DNA of 64,000 nt, taken from positions 119,717 through 183,716 of the forward strand of contig CAZJBV010000001.1 of assembly GCA_964544585.1 (NCBI GenBank), given 5' to 3'. This document shows positions 57,701 through 64,000 of the stretch, one piece after another. The DNA comes from an uncultured Gammaproteobacteria bacterium. GTDB taxonomy: Bacteria > Patescibacteriota > Microgenomatia > 2-02-FULL-39-11. The translations under genes were made by a program, and so were the position numbers. Every line of letters begins with the position of its first letter. Positions within the stretch are counted from its first letter, which is position 1. The notes under the pieces are model-generated. The model saw nothing but the letters and a program-made list of their open reading frames with translations. It did no database searches and was not told the DNA's origin.

Positions 57701-57850
57701 GGCCGAAGCTCTTAAACTGTCGGCCGAACCAGTCCGTAGGACTGCAAAAAACGCAAAAATTTTAAAGAACTTTTGTTATTTCTGTTTGCTTATTCCAATT
57801 TGGCATATTACATTTTGGAATATATCATATACTGTATCTTATTTTCAACT

Positions 57851-58078
57851 ATGAAAAAATCTATTTTTTCGGAGGATCATAAATATTTAGTAAGTCAACT
57901 TAAAAAAGCCAGAGAAGAAGCATCTCTTGAGCAAGAAGAGGTGGCTAAGTTACTTGGAAAAACTCAATCTTATATTTCAAAAATAGAGTCAGGTCAAAGA
58001 AGAATAGACATCGTTCAATTAAAACAATTTGCGAAGTTATACAAGAAAGAGGTTAATTTCTTTATTAAAAAGGCATGA
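57851..58078 (+). CDS. XRE-family HTH protein, probable R-M controller (C) protein
   Basis: A 75-aa Cro/C1-type HTH (QEEVAKLLGKTQSYISKIESGQR). Its stop overlaps the downstream ORF start (ATGA), as in C-R operons. Confidence 0.6.
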   Translation: MKKSIFSEDHKYLVSQLKKAREEASLEQEEVAKLLGKTQSYISKIESGQRRIDIVQLKQFAKLYKKEVNFFIKKA

Positions 58079-58920
58079 GAAGAAAAGAAATAATTAAATT
58101 TATCACCGGAATGATCGAAGAAGGTGGATTAACCTTTACTGATTATGCGACTAAACTCGAGGAGATAGTTAATAAACTATCGTTGGAAGATATAAAAATA
58201 AGCCTACTTGAATGTGGCGTAATCCCAGAGTCTTTTAATCACGATTCAACGGAAGAAAAATTATATTCAAAATATTCAGATATGTTACTTGCAAGAGCGT
58301 TCACATTCATCGGAATAGATTCCAAAGTTATTAAAGAAAGAGCAGATGCGGCAGATGTTGAGGGTAAAACTAAAGACTACACTCTTGTTGCAGATGGAAA
58401 GGTCTTTCGGTTAAGCCGAACTGCTAAGAATCAGAAGGATTTTAAGGTCGAAGCGTTAGATAAATGGAGGAACGGTAAAGATTTCGCTTGTTTGGTATCT
58501 CCTCTTTATCAATACCCTAAAAGTAAAAGTCAAATTTATAGACAAGCTATTGGTAGAAATGTTACCTTATTTTCCTATATCCACCTATATTTTATTCTCT
58601 CTCAAAATAAGTCGAACCAGTGCAACTATAAACCCTTATGGTTGGTTAGTAAGAAATTAAAAGGTGCAAAAGGAGCAGTAACTTATTGGAAGGGAATTGA
58701 TAAGACGCTTTGCAAAATCCTAAATAAAAGTCTAAAAGAGCTAGAAGCGATTAAAAAACTTGAGCTTGATTTACTAAAAGAATCTGCAAAAGAAGAAGTG
58801 GCATATATTGAAGGTAAAATTGAAACAATAAAATCATTATCACATACCGAGGCTATTGAGAGATTAATAAAAGCAGAAAAACTTGATCAGAAAATTAATC
58901 AAATAACAAGAATGGCTTGA
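58075..58920 (+). CDS. putative Type II restriction endonuclease (by context)
   Basis: A 281-aa protein with no family signature recognised. It is translationally coupled to the C-protein and convergent with the methyltransferase. There is a possible PD-(D/E)xK arrangement (GID ... DVEGK). Confidence 0.35.
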   Translation: MRRKEIIKFITGMIEEGGLTFTDYATKLEEIVNKLSLEDIKISLLECGVIPESFNHDSTEEKLYSKYSDMLLARAFTFIGIDSKVIKERADAADVEGKTKDYTLVADGKVFRLSRTAKNQKDFKVEALDKWRNGKDFACLVSPLYQYPKSKSQIYRQAIGRNVTLFSYIHLYFILSQNKSNQCNYKPLWLVSKKLKGAKGAVTYWKGIDKTLCKILNKSLKELEAIKKLELDLLKESAKEEVAYIEGKIETIKSLSHTEAIERLIKAEKLDQKINQITRMA

Positions 58921-60495
58921 TTAAAATAGAGGTTCCTGATTTACTTTACCATTTTTTGGATTAGAAACATAAGCTCCATTTAATCTTTTTTTGGCAATCT
59001 CGCAAAATTCACTGGAAATTTCAAAACCAATATATTTTCTATTAAGATTCTTTGCCGCAATAGCGGTCGAACCGGAACCAAGAAATGGATCCATAATAAC
59101 CTGACCATCTTTTGTTACAAGCCTAATTAAATATTCTAATAACTCCACTGGCTTCTGTGCTTCGTGTAGTCCTCCTTCGCCTTTGCCAAAACCAAACTGT
59201 AGAATATTTGTCGGAGATTTTCCGTTGATTAAAGACGCATCTATATTCATGGCTCCTACTTTATTTTTTAGTACATTATCTGTAATTGTAATTTCATAGG
59301 GTTTAAATAACCAGGCAATCGGTTCATATTTTGGCGCGAGATTACCAACCTTCCAACCTTCCCATTCCTTTGCTTCTTCTACCAATCCTCTTTTCTTAAT
59401 AATTTCACTTATATATTGAGCTCTGTGATGAGCATTTGGTTTTTCCCAAGCTAGGATATCTCTTAACAGAAACCCACTATCTTCAAGAGCTATAATTGCC
59501 CTGTGCAGAGTTCTTCTTGCGCCGAAAATAAATATACTTGCGCCTTCTTTTAAAGAAGGGTAGAGCTTTTTTGCCCACGAATAACACCATTCTTGGTATT
59601 CTTTTGGGATATTTCTGTCTGCGCTTGACCACCCATTAATAGGTTTTCCTCTTCTCCGAAATGCCTTTTTGCCTATCTGTGCAGGTGATTGTCCTAAAAG
59701 GGCGGAGTTTGTGTTAGCGTGTAAAACATCCCATTCATCCAGTGATATTCCATAAGGAATATCCGACAGAACTAGATCTATTGAATCCGGCTTCACCTTA
59801 TCTAGAAGTTCTATAGCATCACCACAAAGAATTTGATTTTCTTCAATATATTCGGATGGACTAACTTTATTTTCAGTTTCTGGAGGTAAATTAGTTTTGG
59901 TATTGAGATTTTTAATAATGTCAATAACAATTCCTTGCACAATTAAATTTTCTGGATCAACAAAAAATGGATCTAAACTTGAATTTGCTGGCTGAAGTCT
60001 TATTTTTCCTCTTTCCCTATATAATTTTTTCAAAGTTACTTCTGAATTGTTTATTAATGCAACTACTTTTTGTCCATTATCGGCTGTAGGTTGGCTTTTT
60101 ACTATTACTATATCTCCATGATCAATATTTTCATCAATCATACTTTGTCCAGCAACACGTAGGCCGTAGAAATCACCATTTTTCGGTATTTTTGATTTTG
60201 GTACTGCTATAAACTCTTTATCTTCAATAGCTAAAATTGGTTGTCCCGCAGCAATAGTGCCAAGCAGAGGAATCTGTACCATTTGCATCTCATCATACAC
60301 ATCAATTGCCCGAGGCTGATTTTCTTCTTTTCTTAACAAACCCAAATCTTCTAATGCCTTGACGTGATGATGGGCTGTTGAAACAGAGGATAGCCTTAAA
60401 TGCTTCTTTATTTCTTCCAAAGAAGGAGCATAACCATGTTTAGTTTTGTAGGATTTTATATATTCCAGAACTTGCTTTTGTCTTTTTGTAATCAT
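58921..60495 (-). CDS. LexA repressor (HTH + S24 peptidase) fused to a beta-class N4/N6 DNA amino-methyltransferase
   Basis: The N-terminal ~205 aa have the LexA architecture: a wHTH domain, the AAG cleavage site (TIAAGQP), catalytic Ser (AGQSM) and Lys (TLKKL). The C-terminal ~320 aa have motif IV SDIPYG preceding motif I DPFLGSGST (PF01555-like). It is a single open frame with no internal start. Confidence 0.75.
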   Translation of the reverse strand: MITKRQKQVLEYIKSYKTKHGYAPSLEEIKKHLRLSSVSTAHHHVKALEDLGLLRKEENQPRAIDVYDEMQMVQIPLLGTIAAGQPILAIEDKEFIAVPKSKIPKNGDFYGLRVAGQSMIDENIDHGDIVIVKSQPTADNGQKVVALINNSEVTLKKLYRERGKIRLQPANSSLDPFFVDPENLIVQGIVIDIIKNLNTKTNLPPETENKVSPSEYIEENQILCGDAIELLDKVKPDSIDLVLSDIPYGISLDEWDVLHANTNSALLGQSPAQIGKKAFRRRGKPINGWSSADRNIPKEYQEWCYSWAKKLYPSLKEGASIFIFGARRTLHRAIIALEDSGFLLRDILAWEKPNAHHRAQYISEIIKKRGLVEEAKEWEGWKVGNLAPKYEPIAWLFKPYEITITDNVLKNKVGAMNIDASLINGKSPTNILQFGFGKGEGGLHEAQKPVELLEYLIRLVTKDGQVIMDPFLGSGSTAIAAKNLNRKYIGFEISSEFCEIAKKRLNGAYVSNPKNGKVNQEPLF

Positions 60496-60602
60496 AGATA
60501 TTGACAGCTCAAGAATAATTCTATACAATTAGGTTAATCGAAAATGAATCGAAAGTCAAGTGGTTAAAATTTAACCTGAAGATTAAAGGGGGTGATGAAA
60601 AT

Positions 60603-60815
60603 ATGACTCATCGTAAAGGATCAAAACCAAATCATAAAGGAGAGCAGTGGACAGAATCACAAGTTGAGCGTCTTGAGAATTTGGCTAAAAGGAATACACC
60701 TACCCCTTTAATTGCAGATGCATTAGGTAGAACGGAGGGGGCAATAAGATCTAAAACATCGGAAGAGAATATTTCTCTTAAGCCAATCAATAAATCTCCC
60801 TATAGTAGAAGGTAA
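60603..60815 (+). CDS. small GcrA/Myb-like HTH protein
   Basis: W-T-E..V..L..L......P..IA..LGRT..A...K resembles the GcrA N-terminal/SANT-like DNA-binding fold. A good SD (aagggggtga) lies upstream. Confidence 0.35.
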   Translation: MTHRKGSKPNHKGEQWTESQVERLENLAKRNTPTPLIADALGRTEGAIRSKTSEENISLKPINKSPYSRR

Positions 60816-60836
60816 AATAGAATTGATAAAGCAATT

Positions 60837-61814
60837 ATGGACTTATTTTCGAAAGTCAAACCATCACTTTTTATAGCCCGTCCTTGGGATACATCCTTTG
60901 CTGAACTTTATGAACCCATTAAGAAAAACCTCGTTGGTAAATGGGAAATTAATGACGGCCCCCTTATAGTTAAAGAAGATGAGGCTCAAGCAGAAAGAGA
61001 AATGTTCATAGGTAGAAACAAGCAACTGTACGAACAGATTGTTTTAGGGATAAAGAAGTCAGATGTCTTTATTGCCGATGTAACAAATGCTAATGCAAAC
61101 GTTATGATGGAATTAGGAATTGCAATACAACTAAACAAAAATGTCATTATAGTGACAGGGCAAGATAGGAATAGACTCCCGTTTGATATACAGGGTTTTA
61201 AAGCAGAAAAATATGATAATATAAATGACCTCGGTGAAAAAATTGGAAATGGACTTTCTTTATATTTATCAATAAAAGAACAGAATTTTGATAAGCCCTT
61301 TCCAGAAAACCACATACCTATATCTGATGGGAAATTAACGGGACTTAGGGCAATAATGCCGATTCAACTTTCCAAACCTATTAAAAATTTAAAGCTGAGA
61401 ATCGAATACAAATTTGTAAATAAATCTGATGATCAGGATTGGCTAGGAATACATTTGCGAGCATCTCCCTCTATTCAACCTTCTGAATTAGTGTATGTTA
61501 GATCAAATGGTAGCTTAGAGATTGTAACGCTCCCTACCAGACCTGCACCCTCGGTAGGAGTAGATAAAGAAAATATAGATAACAGGTTAGAAGATGGATA
61601 CACTAGATTAGAACTAATTCTTGATGGCAATAAATTACTGGCCGCTACCTCAACTAAAGAGTTATATGACGATTTAATTCAAATAGAATCGTTCGGCAGT
61701 ATATTTCTTCAGGCAAATGGACATAGCCAAGATCCACAAAAACGAGAGAGTCTTGAGATTGATTTTAGAAATTTTGAAATTATTAATATAGATACGACAA
61801 GTCCTAACTCGTAA
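60837..61814 (+). CDS. nucleoside 2-deoxyribosyltransferase-like (NDT/TIR-like Rossmann) N-domain protein with unknown beta-rich C-domain
   Basis: The N-terminus (LFIARPW ... SDVFIADVTNANANVMMELGIAIQLNKNVIIV) resembles the PF05014/PF15891 fold. The C-terminal 180 aa are unassigned. Confidence 0.45.
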   Translation: MDLFSKVKPSLFIARPWDTSFAELYEPIKKNLVGKWEINDGPLIVKEDEAQAEREMFIGRNKQLYEQIVLGIKKSDVFIADVTNANANVMMELGIAIQLNKNVIIVTGQDRNRLPFDIQGFKAEKYDNINDLGEKIGNGLSLYLSIKEQNFDKPFPENHIPISDGKLTGLRAIMPIQLSKPIKNLKLRIEYKFVNKSDDQDWLGIHLRASPSIQPSELVYVRSNGSLEIVTLPTRPAPSVGVDKENIDNRLEDGYTRLELILDGNKLLAATSTKELYDDLIQIESFGSIFLQANGHSQDPQKRESLEIDFRNFEIINIDTTSPNS

Positions 61815-62492
61815 ATTATATTTTTATTTTTTAACCTTTGAAGCGGCTCCGCCGCCCCCGCCCTGTTGGGGATAATTTCCCTTAAAGGAGGGCTGCCGTC
61901 AGAAAAACTTTCAAGTAGGGAGCTAAAAGAAAATCTGGGATAGGCAGCCCGACAAACGCGAGAGCCGAGAGGAATATTTTCGGATTATAGAAAAACTCGG
62001 CTCGAGCCATCGGAATCAGTAGCGTAGCGAGCTCTCGAGAGCGAGCAAGCGGTGGGAAGCAGAAGGGGTACAAATAATAAAGGCGGGGGCGAAAAGCGGA
62101 ATACCCCCGCAACGGCAGGAGATACTAAAACAGAAAAAGGGGAGGCGAGGAGCGGCCGAAGGCTATTTTGTTCTTCGCTCCTCGCCGTGGTAGAGACTGT
62201 AAAGCGAAAATAGAAAACCCCTAATATGGGAAAGGCTCCCCCTAGGGAGCCCTCTCGCCCAAAAGCGGGGGTGCCGCTTCCTTTTAATTGGGTGGGAGGG
62301 ATGATGGGAATTTGTACCAGCGTATAGATATATGTTTTTAAAGGGAGCGTTAAGTTAGTTTTCCGCGGATGGGTGGGTTGGGCCAAGGAAAACATTTGTG
62401 TTTTTGTTACTTTACCTGTCCGCGTCAGCGGACTATAATAAATAAAAATCGCGCGCATTTCTGTCTTTGCAAAAAATACTAGAGCGAGGCCA
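61815..62492 (+). other. GC- and purine-rich non-coding segment with dense local hairpins (candidate structured RNA)
   Basis: No credible ORF. GC is far above background. There are multiple perfect hairpins (gaggcgaggagcg/cgctcctcgcc, ggctccccctagggagcc, gcgggggc...gcccccgc). Confidence 0.35.
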
Positions 62493-62578
62493 AAGGCCGA
62501 GCGGATAAGATGGCGCGCGTAGCGCGCCTACCGATTCGACTTAAAGCGAGTTCGGATTTTTTTAAAAAGGTCGACAGA
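62493..62578. repeat. IR2-R: 86-bp perfect inverted copy of 57615-57700
   Basis: Exact reverse complement. Contains the hairpin ggcgcgc-tac-gcgcgcc. Confidence 0.9.
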
Positions 62579-62651
62579 ATACGAATTCACAGAAGAAGAG
62601 TCACGGAGGCTCTGCGCGGGTGGGGGCGGGGGGGATCCTTCAAGAATTGAA

Positions 62652-63314
62652 TCAATTGCAGTTCCAATAACAAAAGGTAATTTTGCCAGTAATACTTTCT
62701 CTGGGAATAAATCCTATAAATCTAGAATCGGCACTATTGGGTCTATTGTCTCCTAAGACAAAATAATGACCGGAAGGAATAGTAACTTCATTATCCTCAG
62801 GAAGAAAAGTTCCCCCCATTGTCGTTATATTTGGGGGGAGGTATTTACTATCATCTAATTTTTTACCATTTATGTATACTTGACCACCTTGAATCATCAC
62901 TTTTTCACCTGGTAATCCTATGACTCTTTTGAAATAGTCGATATCTTTATTATCAGGTGCCTGAAATACAACAACATCATATCGATTGATCGTATCACTA
63001 GAGTAGACAACTTTAGCCACATAATATTGACCATCTTTATAAGAAGGATTCATCGCGATTCCCTTTATTTGAATTGGTTTAATAAAGAAGAGATATGTTA
63101 CAACACCAAATGACAAGGCTAATAATAATGCTAAGGGGAGAGTAAGAAGTATTTTAAGCCATTTGGGCCAGAAGGTAAATCGCCACATGATAATTATGCC
63201 AATTATAAATAGTAGGTTCCATATAATTCCTAGAACTAGTAATACAATTGTGATGATTGTAATCGTAGTTGGAGAAATACGGGCTTTGGATTGGAATTTA
63301 CTTGGCATAAACAA
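62652..63314 (-). CDS. lepB: signal peptidase I
   Basis: An S26 family protein with the SM(N)PS-like box (GIAMNPS), KR box (FKRVIGLPGE) and GDNR..S.DSR box. Confidence 0.85.
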   Translation of the reverse strand: MFMPSKFQSKARISPTTITIITIVLLVLGIIWNLLFIIGIIIMWRFTFWPKWLKILLTLPLALLLALSFGVVTYLFFIKPIQIKGIAMNPSYKDGQYYVAKVVYSSDTINRYDVVVFQAPDNKDIDYFKRVIGLPGEKVMIQGGQVYINGKKLDDSKYLPPNITTMGGTFLPEDNEVTIPSGHYFVLGDNRPNSADSRFIGFIPRESITGKITFCYWNCN

Positions 63315-63424
63315 TTCTATTCAAAAAGCAATATATGTTTATTTTATATTATCATAAAACAGAAATAAGGGACCGCAATTTTTTGTAATATATTGCAATA
63401 TATTGGAAAATATTGGAAGATGCA

Positions 63425-64000
63425 ATGAATAATTTGGGAATTACACTTGTATTGGGGCTTTTGTTGGGGCTTAAGCATGCGATGGAAGCAGATCATGTGG
63501 TGGCGGTGACGACGCTTCTTACCGAATATAAAAATCTGTGGAAATCTTCACTGGTGGGGATGTTTTGGGGACTTGGGCATACGACGATTCTTTTTGTCAT
63601 AGGGTTGGTAGTTCTAATGCTTAGAATAAATATTCCAAAAAATGTGTCGCTTTTTTTCGAAACTTTGGTGGGAGTGATGCTTGTAATTTTGGGTATAAGG
63701 GCTATTGTTGTAGGATCGTCAATACATATCCATAAGCATAAACATGAAAGTTTAGAGCATAGTCATGTCCATAGCGGTTTACATCACAGATCGTTTCTAA
63801 TTGGTGTTGTTTATGGAATAGCTGGCAGTGGAGCATTGATGCTTTTGGTTTTGACTTCGATTAATTCGATAGTTTTGGGACTGATTTATATAATTGTCTT
63901 TGGTATTGGATCTATTGCAGGAATGATGGGGATGAGTTTTGTTATTGGACTGCCGGTGTATTTTAGTATGCGAAAATTTAAGGCAATTGAATCGTGGATT
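63425..64000 (+). CDS. NicO/HoxN-like nickel/cobalt transporter family protein (3' partial at window edge)
   Basis: The HAMEADH (H-x4-DH) signature is in TM1, GLGH is in TM2, and there is a His-rich loop (HIHKHKHESLEHSHVH). Not in the ORF track because no stop falls within the window. Confidence 0.5.
   Translation, partial: MNNLGITLVLGLLLGLKHAMEADHVVAVTTLLTEYKNLWKSSLVGMFWGLGHTTILFVIGLVVLMLRINIPKNVSLFFETLVGVMLVILGIRAIVVGSSIHIHKHKHESLEHSHVHSGLHHRSFLIGVVYGIAGSGALMLLVLTSINSIVLGLIYIIVFGIGSIAGMMGMSFVIGLPVYFSMRKFKAIESWI

Noticed and set aside
57504-57854. 116-aa plus-strand ORF spanning IR1-R and IR2-L
   Set aside because: It is entirely within the perfect inverted-repeat segment and has an Ala/Arg-rich product. 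More plausibly it is recombination-site DNA.
61882-62458. Two overlapping minus-strand ORFs (76 and 157 aa) in the GC-rich tract
   Set aside because: No RBS is present. Their Pro/Arg/Leu-rich low-complexity products are as expected from GC-rich non-coding DNA, and the two frames overlap each other.
61815-62492. GC-rich tract considered as tmRNA or a group II intron remnant
   Set aside because: There is no tRNA-like 3' end, tag-peptide frame or recognisable domain V/VI consensus, and no intron-encoded reverse transcriptase.

Overview
This is a low-GC, gene-dense bacterial chromosome segment that looks like a reduced-genome, CPR/Patescibacteria-like organism. About 56 kb is core housekeeping. 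Most genes lie on the minus strand. The core includes: korAB (a two-subunit 2-oxoacid:ferredoxin oxidoreductase); a suf FeS-cluster operon (sufC, sufB, a short sufD, Rieske protein, sufS, sufU, ferredoxin) in which SufB is interrupted by a LAGLIDADG intein; the translation and tRNA genes era, gltX, aspS, cca, miaA, miaB and rnpB (RNase P RNA); secDF, recA-recX, rny, hup (HU), recJ, an archaeal-type PEP carboxylase, corA, tspO, a LOG-family gene, an ABC-2 exporter, lepB and others. The last ~7 kb (55.8-62.6 kb) is clearly accessory. A tRNA-Pro gene is followed by a large serine recombinase bracketed by perfect 103-bp inverted repeats. Directly abutting it is a second module bracketed by perfect 86-bp inverted repeats. 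That module carries a Type II restriction-modification-like locus: a C-protein HTH, a putative endonuclease, and a convergent amino-methyltransferase that is translationally fused to a complete LexA repressor. It also carries a GcrA/Myb-like small protein, a nucleoside 2-deoxyribosyltransferase-like protein with an unknown C-terminal domain, and a ~680-bp GC-rich hairpin-dense non-coding segment. Other unusual points: 7- to 9-nt tandem repeats embedded in-frame in conserved housekeeping genes; a family of GC-rich hairpin elements inserted in intergenic spacers, one of which duplicates the 3' end of sufB; a recurring CCCGAT-N-ATCGGG palindrome; and an FMN reductase gene frameshifted at a homopolymer. 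All calls rest on reading the supplied ORF translations and the raw sequence by eye; no database searches were run.
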